Origin: Takakia lepidozioides
Lineage: Eukaryota > Plantae > Bryophyta
Assembly (NCBI GenBank): GCA_030704615.1
Contig: CM060731.1
Span: 45,694,001 to 45,758,000 of the forward strand
Length of the DNA: 64,000 nucleotides
Reading direction: 5' to 3'
Below are positions 24,875 through 37,032 of this stretch, piece after piece. Both the position numbers and the translations under genes were made by a program. Position 1 is the stretch's first letter, and the number at the start of each line of letters is the position of its first letter. The notes beneath the pieces were generated by a model. The model saw nothing but the letters and a program-made list of their open reading frames with translations, made no database searches and had not been told where the DNA came from.

Positions 24875-26713
24875 CTATTGAGGGAGAAAGAAGGATCGTT
24901 GTTCCTCCTCTGGGCTATCATCTATGGGCTCTTTGATGACGAATTTTTGAATGTCCATTGTTGTGATCCACAGAGATTCCATCCCCTCCCTGTCAGGGGA
25001 TGTGATCAGAATTCTCGGTTCATCCTTGTTGCAGAATATCAGCGGGGTGATGCAAGTGGCTTGGGGTTCCTTTGAAGAGACCAGCTGAGTGCATCCACGG
25101 AGAGAGAGAGTGGGGAAGGTCCGCAACCTCAGGCATATATTAGCAATTATAGGGTTAAGTGCAATCCCTATGTTTGCATCTAGATTTTGAAAGTCAATTG
25201 ATCTCATATGAGCCTTGGAGTTGGAGGGGAGCCCAGTGATTTCATGATTTGGATGTGACATTGTGGGTGTTGCTGGGGTATCTTCAGAATCAACAAGAAC
25301 TGTTGTGGATGTGATGATTGGCCCATGTTGTGGGGATGACTGATCTTTTGGGGCCTCTATAATCGCTGAATTCCGCTGTAACTCCAGTATTGGTGACCAC
25401 AGAATGCCTGTTGACATCTCCTCGCCGCCATGGATATACTGGAGGGGGGACCTGGTGTTCACCACAGATCTGGAGATGTCATTTTCCAGCTCCATGGGGT
25501 CATTTGGTCTACGGTGTTTTTTGGCAGTTGTGCTGCTGATGATGATGGAATCCCATATAGGGACCAGCAAGGGCTATCACCATAGATACCAGGTGTAGTT
25601 TGTCTTAAAGCAGCTGCCTGATCCTGACTAGGCCTTGACTGAGTTGAGGGTACTTTCTCTTTAGAAGAGGCATTCCCCATAGGTGCTTGCATAGTCTGAG
25701 TTGAGGGAACTTTCTCCTTAGAAGAGGCATTCCCCAGAGGCGCTTTGGACCCATTGGTGCAGATGCCGTTTGTTGGTGTTATTTGATTCCTGTGAGAGGT
25801 TGCAATCAGCGGAGCAGAGGTTGCCAGAAGTGAAGTAGAGGCCAATTGGATTGAGGAGTTGCGTTTTCTCTTTCCAGTAGGACAGTCTGCTTTCATATGA
25901 CCCTGCTTTCCACAGTTGAAACAACCTGTACCAGGCGAGTCTTCCATTAGTTTGACTGAGAAGAAGTTTCCCTTGTTGTCTATGGGCAGCATTTAGCCCT
26001 CATTGGGCATCCTAAATCACAATTTTGGGCAAACCATTCTCCTTCATTTTGGAAGCAATTGTGACTCCTTTCCATGCTTATTCTTTTCTCAAGTTGTCCA
26101 GACACATCTCAGGATAAAAAACAGCCAGACACCCCAGGTAGTAACCAAAGGAATTCCCAATGTTTGGGAGGAAATATAGGTATTGATCTGGGATTCCACA
26201 AACAGTAACGATCCTTGGGGCCCAAATTTTCCCATTCATGTTTCCCATCTGAGGAGACCATGGAAAAATGTTAACATTGAACCCCAATTTGTGGGGGTTG
26301 AACGCCAGGGCATGATCGGCTACTGCTTTTGTTTCAAACATTATGGAAAAAAAACCACGTCCTTTCGGATGACAAAAATGTTGTTGCAGATCGCCCGATC
26401 CTCTAAGGTGTGAGGTCACCCAGTCCCTTACATCGGTTCTGTTCTGCTTCTTCCCGGGAAAATGCAAGAGAATACCTCGTTCCTGGCATCCAGAGACTTT
26501 GTCACAAAGGGAATCAAAATCGATGGCTATCGAGAGCGCCGCTTCTTCCATTTCTACCTGTGATTCTTCAATATCGTCATCCTCAGACAATGCTTCCTCT
26601 GGCTCGTTGGGCATACTGGAGGCAGTGTGAGGTGGGGGGACTGATCGGTCAGCTGAAGACACTACTGCAGTGGCCAAGGCAATTGATTCTGCTCCTGGGG
26701 TTGCTGCGCGCAC
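24875..26713 (-). mobile_element. L1-type LINE ORF1 remnant (RRM/DUF4283-like region and zinc knuckle)
   Basis: KGRGFFSIMF...IFPWSP...GIP...IGNSFG and CFNCGKQGHMKADC. Confidence 0.75.
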
Positions 26714-27299
26714 CCTTGAATTGAAAATTAGGACCCATCTTCAACTGATAAAGAGAGGTTCGCTTAATCAATAGAGGGAGATGTGGCTTGCCCAGAGTCT
26801 AGAACACGATCTGGAGAGAGGCTTGGGGAGAGACACACTTGGTATAGGCAAAAGGTGGTGGAAGAGTGAGAGTAGTGAAAGGTGGCTAACTGTCTCCTCA
26901 CCTTTAATAAAGGATAGCTACAGTCAGGCCAAAATATCGGCACTGTGAGAATGGGGGCGCATTGAAGCGAAAGATTTTCTCGAAAAAAGCATCAGGATGA
27001 AGGTAGATGGATACATGTTTGTGTTTAGATAGGCTTGATGAAGATTGATTTGTAGTTGAAAAATTCTGGAGCTCCGTTCATCAGGGGGCTTCTTGCTTTG
27101 ATGAGCCTGAGTAAAGGATTGCAAATAGAAGAGACGGCGAAGACGGTGACGGTTAGACAGGAAGGAAAGTGGCTTTGTCTCGCATATCGCTGATCGCTCG
27201 ACGAGCTTGAGTTACCGTTGCTTCTCTCCCCTCACCGCAACATGCAGAGCTACATCTCGCCCCTTTCTCTTCGCCAATTGTACTAGTTTTTTGTTTTGT

Positions 27300-27518
27300 T
27301 TTCTTGTATCCAGTTGAGATCCAGTATTTTGGCTATATATCCGAATACAATTCAGTTATTGAACCTTTTTATATCCGGCGGGTAGGATCCTATCCGGATC
27401 CTCCGTTTTATGTATCCGCCGGATATAAATAGTTGTCGGATCCGGATCCGGATACATTGATATCCGGGTTGATATCCTACTATTGATATCCTGATGACTC
27501 TATATCCGCCCAACACTG
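27300..27518. mobile_element. Terminus of a hAT-like MITE
   Basis: Clustered ATCCG/CGGAT subterminal motifs ending in CCGCCCAACACTG (= CAGTGTTGGGCGG). Confidence 0.55.
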
Positions 27519-28539
27519 GCCAGATAGTATTAGATATTCATAGCAACTGGTGACCAACTCGAACATAAATAATAAATAGTGGTAGCCAATATGTAAAGCA
27601 GTTTCATTCGGCCCGATTAATTCTAGAGTGGTCCAGGAATTAGCGAGGTCCAGGAGTTAAAAGTGGGGGCCAATGTAATAAGGCCACTTGTATTAATTAA
27701 CGAAATGAAGGGTCCCAGAAAAGACGGCAGGAAGCTGATAGCTATTACAGGTGTCAAGTGGTGAGAGTGGGCCTGATTAGGGTCTCCCACCTTTCTAGAA
27801 GGGTCCACCGCTTGAAGCTGGCTTCGGAAGGTCCCACCGCCCTCACACGGTATATATAGGAGAGCAGGGCTCTTCCTACTTAAGTAAGTAATTACTTACT
27901 AAATTAGTAGCTTATTACTAGCTAGGGGGCCTGCGTCGGCTCTGCAGACGCGGGGCCCAAAAGAAAGAAAACAAGAACCATAGATCTATTAATTAATACA
28001 AAGATCAATACCCTGTTTTCACGGAACATTGCACCAAGCATACAACTAGACTTTGGGGGACAACTATTTAGGAAATGTAAGAACATAACTTTTTTTTTAC
28101 TACCGAACAGGGGACAGAGGAAATGGAAAAAATAACCACCCTGGCCGTGAAGGCTTTACAGTGGGGATGCCACTTTGTGACTGAACATAATGCATGTCTT
28201 TAATACGATATACAGGGCCTATGTCCCCTTTTATCTTTTTTATTCCTTAAAAAAAAGTAATGTGTGCTAGCGATTTTTGACAGCATGGTTCACCGGTTTT
28301 TGGCATGCCAAATCTTCCCCACCCCTTCTCGAGAGCGACACAAATTGGGGTGACATGTGACATCATCCAGAGTGACACCAGGGTGACATAGAAGGGAGTG
28401 TCTCTCCAATCACTGTAATGCCCACTTGGTGTCACAAAATTTGACCAAGTAAAAAGCGTAAGTTATACCAAACAAGGGGTTATACAAACCACACAAGTTG
28501 GGGTGACACAGACCAGGTTGACACAAGGGGTAAAGGGAA

Positions 28540-29150
28540 GGGTAAGGGTTTAGGGTTTGGATTTAGGGTAGAAAGGGACAAACAAATATGGAAGACTCAC
28601 ACATGGTAGTACAATAACTTGGTTTGTAGTGTAAGTAGGGTAGTACACTAACCTGGTTTTTGGTATATGGTAAGAGTACTAATGGTTTAGGGTAGTAAGT
28701 GTCAGGCTTAAGCTTAGGGTAATGATTAAGGCCAGGGTAAAGGAATGGGTAAGGATTTAGGGTTTGGATTTAAGGTAGTTCAAAGGGACAAACAAATATA
28801 GAAGACTCACACATGGTAGTACAATAACTTGGTTTGGAGTGTAAGTAGGGTCTAAGTACACTAACCTGGTTTTTGGTATATGGTAAGAGTAATGGTTTAA
28901 GGTAGTAAGTGTCAGGCTTAAGCTTAGGGTAAGGATTAAGGCCAGGGTAAGGGTTTAGGGTTTGGATTTATGGGAGTACACAAAGGTTTTTGGTGTATGG
29001 TAAGAGTAATGGTTTAGGGTACTAAGTGTCCGGCTTAAGCCTATGGAAGGGTTAAGGGAAGGGTAAAACGAAGGGTAAGGATTTAGAGGTGATGGTAAAG
29101 GTATAAATGGACAAACATATATGGAAGACTCGCACTCACTAGAACAAGAC
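28540..29150 (+). repeat. ~210-bp imperfect tandem repeats (about 3 units) rich in telomere-like TTTAGGG/TTAGGG
   Basis: GGACAAACAAATAT.GAAGACTCACACATGG and GTCAGGCTTAAGCTTAGGGTAA recur; several TTTAGGG. Confidence 0.8.
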
Positions 29151-29508
29151 ATTGCAAAAAAACATTTAGACCGGATTGGAAAAGAAAGAATCCAGGGGTT
29201 GTGCCTGCATTTTTTTTTTCTTTTGGGTGCACTGTCTGTTTTGTAAGCCAGAATCCCCTATGTCACGAATATATGTAGATGAACAGAATGTACAGCAGTG
29301 CAGAGTCCAACACGACAAAAAGAAAATAGAGGAATGTCCACTGCCCACTCGAGGTTCAGTGCGACAGAAAAAGAAGACATGAAGGATCACCCAACGCAAA
29401 CACGAAGGGAAAAAAACGTAAGATTTTTTTTTTATCTTAAAACGAAAGACCGGAAATGATCTCAACTTTTAGTCCATGGATGGAAAGTGGTTTGCAAGAA
29501 GGAAACCT

Positions 29509-32500
29509 TCAGGTATCTGGCTGAAGGTTAGCCACGTCCAAATTCGTGCGCGCCTTCACTACTTCCACCGATGTAATTCTCTTGGTGCTATTTCTTGTCG
29601 TATTTTTTCGTGGCGGCATTGTCCACACGACATTGTTCACGTGGATCCATTGAGCAGGATCTGACGGGTTGTACTCCCAAACTTTTGACCAACAATCCCT
29701 GTACCTCTCAAAGTCTGAGGGGTTACCTCCTTTCTTCGGTCTCCACCACTCCACCTTCACTTTCTTAAAATTAGGATCTTCCCTTTCTCGGATGACATCT
29801 GAAATTGCCATTCCCATCCAGACTGGGCACGTTGTTGGGTCATGAGGGCGAACGAGCACAAAAAACCCTTTCTCAATATCCTTGGACGGATTCAAGGGTA
29901 TCCTTGGACGCTCGCACCTAGGGCCACAGTAAGGTTATGAAACTTCATCCTCATCTTCCATATCTTCCAGTATTTGTGGCTGGATGCCATCCCTCCGATG
30001 GTTTGAGGACCAATTTGTTTTCGGCCAAAATTCCTCAAGAAGCTGAATACGATCCGGAATGTCCTACATTGGCTTATCAAGTTCGGCAAGAATATTTCCC
30101 CAGTATTGATCATATTGTTCCATCACACCCCGGTAATGATCGTCAAGCAACATTCATTTGGTCCAAAAATCTTTGTATTTCTTAATACCATTTTTTATGA
30201 ATCACTATTTTTCTGAGGAGTCGTCCCCGACTCCCCATATCGGTCTTCTTGGAACGGCATCTGGGTCTCTTTCAGGGAGATTTGGAGTCCCATCAAGGTT
30301 GGACTTCCACATCTTAACGTTGGAGTTTGTAGGAAGCCACTCCGAATCAGTAGCTGACTTCTTGTACTTCATAACGGGCCAGCCATCCGCATCCTTAAAA
30401 AACCGAAAGACGTGCATATCTGAGATCCCGACCAAATCCTCCTTTCCATCATGAATACAACCCTTAACAAACTTCTTGAAGTCGGGAACCTCCTGAATGA
30501 TTTGAGGAATGAATTGCATATCTTGGGAGATCATGAATGACCTCATCAAATCCGGAAGAATGTAGGTGCTGCGTTCCTTTAGCTTCTTCGAGAGATAGCT
30601 AAAGAATCCGTCAATATCCTCATGGGTGTGCCCGACCATGAGAAAACCAAGATGGATCTCTTCAAAGACATCTTTGGCAGTGAGGATGGATAGGAAAACA
30701 AGCATCCATCTGTTTTTATTGTCCTTGGAGGAGTTGTCCATCTGCAAATAAAGTCGTCTAGGAAGTGGTCGAGCACCACGTTTATCGTGCGGCCTGAAAG
30801 GTTTCAGAGCCTCCAAACATCTCGATTTACCTCTCATGAGCGTTTCAAAAAAATCATTTTAAACTTCAGTGTCGAAAATGTTCCTGGATTCCCGGCATGT
30901 GGGTTTTTCCAGTTGGCGCAGGCACCGAGCCAGCGACCCAATTGTGAAGTTTGAATTGTCTTTCCAGAACTCAAGGGAAAATTGAGCGTAAGCTCCATCA
31001 CCGTGTCCATGCGTAACCATTCCTGTCAATGAGACATGCAACTGACCCAATCCCGAGACCATCTTGTTCGTCGTCTGTAGCCTCGGAATAGCCGTTTTCC
31101 TATGATCCATCTTATCGTGAATAATACACAGGAACTCCTCCGGAATCATAACGGACTCATTCCTCTAGCTATGGTACAGCCTTCTGCATGACTCTTGATG
31201 CCTCAAGTGCAAATCAAGAGCCCGCTTACGTGCGACCTGTTCGGAACTCATTTTAATTGACTTCTTGATCAAGTCCTTCAACATCTCGCATTCTGTGCAC
31301 TTAGCAAAGGTGCTTCCTGTTTTCCGAACCTCCACGTTAGGAAATATTTGATTATGTATACGGCTTATAGCTGGCTGCGAGACTCCTTTCAAACTGAGCA
31401 GTCTGTTCGTCTGCACCCCAACTCCCCAATAATGCCAACGTCCACTTGGCAGTGGAGGTTCTACAAAGTGGAAGAACAAGAAAGCATGATGGCATTAAAG
31501 AGAATAAAATCAGCCACAGTATTTTGAAAAAGGAAATGGGGACAACGAATAAAAGTCACCTCGTTGGACTCCTCTCGAATTCTCTTCCAGTTCATTTCGG
31601 ATGGCAAAATTCTCAAAGTATCCCGACGTCCCTCTCCAATGCAACGTGTTTTGTGAGGCATAAGGTCAGTATTGGCATTGATAATGGACATAATGTTCCC
31701 CTATGCCTGGATTGTCCCTGGTCGAGGCCGCTTGACGCCACGATTTCCGTGGAAAGATGACAAACAACCCTCTTTACTGAGGTTTTTGTACTCCATGTAT
31801 GTTGACCTTCCAATTCCGTGTATTATCCACCATGCTGTCTCACAAACATCAACACCTTCTATCGTAACATACGACCTGCGCGATGACCCATCCATAATGT
31901 GAAGTCGGTTTGAAACATTCAATCCAAGTTCTCTCCTTTAATCGAATGACGAACCCCAAAATGCAGTATGAATTGCCAAGGTTTTTCTCCAATCAAAATA
32001 CTGGCAGCACTGAAGCTTGCAGCAAGGTTTGCTGCTCACCGACCTCACTTCATCCAAAGTAAGATTTTTCTTGCACTTTTTGGAGTCCTCCATATTGGAT
32101 GGTTTCTTCTTCCTAGTAAAATGTCTGTATGTTGCTTTCTTTACGTCTGTACCATGCTCGTCATTCTCCATGTCACTGCATGATCGTAGGAAATTTTCGA
32201 GATCAACGAAGAGTATCCGGCCATTTTCAAGAAGTCTTGTTTTTGTTAACGGCCATTTCACAGTCGACATCAGTGAACCGGATCTACAGAGATTGTTTTG
32301 GTGACCAGAACCCCAACATCGTCCTCTCCGAGTTTGTCATTCAGAATGATCTCGTTAGGATTGCATGCCTGAATTCGGCCTTCGAACAGGGCGTTTCCAT
32401 CCTCCCCAAGAAGAAAACACTGCAAGTTTCTCCAACAATCTCTCCCCAGACCTACAGGCAGATCCCCTTCAGTCTCACCATTTGACGGAATTTCATTGCT

Positions 32501-32848
32501 TTCAGTGCTTTGTCCTTGATAATCACTATCTTCTGTGATGGAATGACATCTTGGGTTTCTCAGGGATGCTGAATCCACAGTTTCATGCGTGCGAACAAAG
32601 GACACGTCCCACACAACTGGAGTCCCAATCGCCTCCTTCAATGTGTTAGCATCCATGTGCCGATAAGGCAGAGGACAGGAGCCAAATGCGTCATCACAAA
32701 AGATCAGGGTAACTGAAATGGTGGACGAACACAAGTGATGTCCGTGTCAAGTTCCTTCCCCAGAAACATTCAGGAAATCTCCTGAGGCAACAACTGAAGG
32801 AGATCCAGGAAGCGACAGAAACACCCTTTGGCCTACTTGGAACCCCAT
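29509..32848 (-). pseudogene. Sola-like (DUF7869-type) DDD transposase with stops and frameshifts
   Basis: CCKLQC, VC...HGIG...HGNRG, DLMPH, FAKCTEC, IIHDKMD, LYLQMDNSSKDNKN, FLMVGHTHEDIDGFFS. Intron 31559-31411. Confidence 0.8.
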
Positions 32849-33566
32849 GAAGTTAGTAACCTCCACTGGGCAGTGGAGGTTCAATAAAATCCTATTACAG
32901 GACGGAAGATTAACTGAAGGAAAGAACGTCGTGACACCGAAAGGAGAAACTTTAAGTATAACTTTCTCGACGGTTCTGAATGAGAAAAACAATATGGTGT
33001 CAAAAAGTAAAGTCAATGTTTGGATGTACACTGGGACTGATGAAAAACAATTGGAATTAAATTGGAGTATGAGGGTGGAGTATAGACTACATCTATCTGA
33101 ACTGTCAGATGAAGTCACAAATGCCAACCTCCACTGGACAGTGGAGGTTGGATGATATCTGTTGATGAAATCAACCACATGGATGAACAATCGATAATGA
33201 AAAAGCCCTCTGTAGATGAAAAATTGATTCTATGGATGGATGAATATTAATGTGGCGACTGCCCAGTGGAGGTTTGGGAGTAACTTTAGACAAACAAAAG
33301 CAAGTTTAGCTGGTGCACATGGAGAGTACACAAAAAAATGAGTATCATACTATCCTACGTGAGAAATGTGCAGTTGACACATGAGACTAAGGAAGCAGGG
33401 AGAGACTCAGAGGCTGCTTCAGAAGTACCCTATGGGCAGAGTGGTGCAGGACAGGCAAAGAGGTACACGTTGTCCAGAGAGGTGCAGGATGTCCAGAAAG
33501 GTGCGTGAGAGAAAAGTAGCAAGCGAGAGGTTCACAGTGGGAAGTTGTGCTGTGTGGAGTCGGACG

Positions 33567-33574
33567 TTATATAG
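33567..33574 (-). promoter_or_regulatory. Candidate TATA box of the Sola-like transposase
   Basis: CTATATAA on the minus strand followed by a CT-rich leader, upstream of the transposase ATG at 32848. Confidence 0.4.
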
Positions 33575-36055
33575 AGGTGACATGTAACTTTCATCTTTGA
33601 ATCACTCCAATGGTAGTGTGGTATGCTTTCTCTCCCGGATCGATTGTGGCCACCGTGGATTAAGGCAGAATCGAACGGCTTATTTCAACTCGCGAAATCA
33701 TGGCTTCATTGAAAGTGTGCACAATTTTCCATTTATTGACAGCAGCCATTGTCACATTAATTATGGAACAAATGATAATGGCCGCGATCAGACTGAATTC
33801 TATCGTACTTGTACGTTAGTAGGACTACATGTCTGGCATCATTATCGTGCGGCTCTGACAGCAGACTCTGGAATAAGCGTGAATGATGTCGATTCTGACA
33901 AGTGGTCTGGAGAAATGAAGTCAGGCGGCTAATCGCCACAACTAATTCTGGACTGCCGTGCCTTGTCGTGCTCTGCTGTGCCTTGCTTTCTTGCACATGT
34001 TTAATGTAGGGATGGACCCCTCGTGTCGGGTATCCCTCGATAAATGGACAGACCTTAAATCGAGGAATGCCCGACACGGGGGGCCATCTACTATCCTTAA
34101 AGCCGTATGTCACATGGCACTTGCGGGTGTTGTCAGGGAATATTGACGCCTGGCGGCCAACAGCCGAAAATGATTATGGACGGCTCATAATGAGAGAATG
34201 ATTATAGAGTGTGAGGAATCCGTAGGTACAGCGCTGTGTCCACTAGCAGATTGAGTTTGAAACGACTGCCTAGGCGTGTCACGTGGGTGGTCACATGGGC
34301 GTTTGGGGCGTGGGTTAAGGTTTGGCGGCTTGGAATCTATTTTAAGATTTTTGTAAGCGTGAGGGTTGCAAAGTCTGACCAATGGCGTCATTACAGTCAT
34401 TTCGTTCTTTTTTCACTCGTCTGTCCGGTCGTCTGTCCAAAAGTGTGTGCATTCGTCATTCAATTTGGAACAAAAATTGAACTAATTTCATCTGTGTGGA
34501 TGGACAGTATTAATGTTAGTTTGCGTGGATGTGGCAGAACATCCATTTGGGCCGCGCAACCATTCGATTTCGGACGGAGGCGATGGTTCAGATCATTCTT
34601 GAAGGTTGCTTATAAGGGGTGCGCTCTTTGAGCCCGACCTTTGGGCTTCCTATTTTAGACGCGTAAGCGCTGCGCGAGTGAGAGCTTGACTGTTGAGAGA
34701 GGAGAGAGTGAAAGGGAAGAGTTTTGGAGCGCGGAGAGAAAGAGATTGTACACTGGAGCGTGGAGAGAAAGAGAGCAAATTTGGCTGAGTGCAGAGAGAG
34801 CAAAGGGTGAAAGGTGAGAGAGTGAAAGAGGTGAAATTTGAAGAACGGGGAGGAGAGACAGGACAGTGGCAAGTGGAGATTGACGAGTGCAGAGACGAGA
34901 GCACAGTGCAATTACCGGCAGGCGGAGGTGCGGAAGAGAGTATCAAACGAAGGACTGTTGTTGTAGGGGCACCAAAATGGCCGGCACAAGCAGGTACAAC
35001 ATTGAAAACTCCCTCTTTTCGTCTTATGTTTCATGTTTTGTCTTGGCTTATTCTCAATTCGTATGGCCTGCTCTCGATTCATGTGGCCTGTTCTTGATTC
35101 AATTCGTTTGGGATCCTGCTTCATTCTATGTTGCACTGCACTGTCTTCAGTGCACTCTCACTTGAACTTCAGTGCTTCAGTCCGTGCTTCGGTGCACATT
35201 AGGTTTCTGTTTCATTGTCTGCTTTGTTGTTTGCTTCATTCTTCATTCTCTGTCAATTCATTTCACTCCTGCTCCATTCTGTGCTTCAGTGCACTCCTGC
35301 TTCATTGCTTCAGTGTTGTTGTTCAATTCACTGATGGTTTGTAGGGTGGTTTTGTGTGGTGGTTTTGTGTGCAATAGGGTAATGTGTGTGCTTGTTCTGG
35401 TCGATTAGGGTAATGGTTTAGGGTGGCGGGAGATTACCGTGCTGGTTGTATTGCTTGTTTTGTTCAATGTGGTGGTTTTTTTAGGACAGTGGTTTCGAAA
35501 ATGTCCGGTTGTTTATTTCTCAACAGTTTTCTTGATCCCCAAATCCAGCGTTAGTTTGTTCTTGTCAATAGTTTATGTCTTTCTTCCCATTCAAATTCAA
35601 TTCTGAATGGCAATTTTCATTTCATATCCAATTTTGTCGAATTCGGCAATTATGAAAAACCACGATAGCCTAGTCTACTTGTATTCTACAGTAGACATAG
35701 GCTAACAGTAGGCTTCGTGCAGGCCAAAGTAGACTATTCGTAGACCAATGTCATACACATGAGGAACCAAAAACTGGAACGTCCACTGCCCAGTGGAGGT
35801 TCGCGAGAATTCTGTATGGGGAAGCTGAAAGACATTTTTTAACATTACGACGAAATCGGATAATTCCGGGAAAAATGAAAATCAGTGTGAGAAGATGTGG
35901 GAACGAGTGATGGAATCATATGTGTAACATTGTAAGTGTGACACATACTTTCCAACGAGACTGGGATACGATAATTGGGAACCTCCACTACCCAGTGGAG
36001 GTTCGATATTTCTTTGGGTCAGCCAGTTACACACTCTGATTAGTTTTTATGTCAG

Positions 36056-36710
36056 TATTAGAAAGAGGAGCGAGGGTGGGGAACCGGTGTCTGACGAAGA
36101 GTACAAGACCGTCAGCTTAAATTGGAGCAAGAGACGATGTTCGGTAGACGTGATAGAAGCGGACCATCCAGATCAAAAATTTGGTGTTTCGGAACCAAAT
36201 GAAAAATCCAGTTGGGGGTCTACCGAGCCGAACAAAATGTCTGTGATTGACAAAAATGTAACTGTAGAATCCCCGTGGAATGCATCCGAATCTCCCAACA
36301 ATACAGCAGAAGACATCTCCAAGGATACCCTGGCGGAAATAAGAGAAAGCGTTCATGTAAACAATGATGTCAACGGATCTCCTGCCTACTCCCAAGATTA
36401 TCCGACGTACACTCCTCCAGACTATTCCCCGGACACATTGGCGGCGATACGAGTGACCGTTTTTGGATATCCCGCATCTCCGGGTTACTCGACAGTATCT
36501 CCTGAATCCACAACAGGATCTGCAGGATATTACCCTCCATCCTTCTCCCTGGACACTGCAACGAGACAGGGAGTCCTGGAACTCCTGGACGTCTCCGGAT
36601 CTCCAAGATACTCCCCTGTGTCTCCTGATAGTATCACCGGATCCCCAAAATATACCCCTCCAGACTATTCGCTTGATACACTCAGAGAGATCAGAAGGAA
36701 CATTTTGTAG
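36056..36710 (+). CDS. Low-complexity ORF/exon with Y-S-P repeats resembling RNA Pol II CTD heptads
   Basis: Acceptor-like tgtcAG at 36055. SPAYSQ, YTPPDYSP, SPGYSTVSP, SPRYSPVSP and SPKYTPP occur in three larger repeats. Confidence 0.5.
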
Positions 36711-37032
36711 TTCTTGGGTATATAATCTAGAATCGTCTGAATATAGTGCGGAAAGTCCCTGAGTATTTATTGGACAAATTAGGTTCGAAGATTTCTTTTG
36801 TAGATTTGCCCTGTTTCAGGATGATGTACTCAATGGCTCCTGAGCCTCATTTTCATTAAAGTTTTTTTCTACAACATCTCTAATATATGGAGGATTTTCC
36901 ATTTCATGTAGAAAGCCTCATACATACGAACCTCCACTGTCCAGTGGAGGTTCTTATTTCTGGAATGATGGATGCTAGTAAGAGAGATCTTGTTATTTTA
37001 TTATCTAATGAATTTGTGTTTGGTTGTAACAG

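Noticed and set aside
27560-28045. Solo LTR (TATA-like motif, TG...CA)
   Set aside because: No target-site duplication or partner LTR found.
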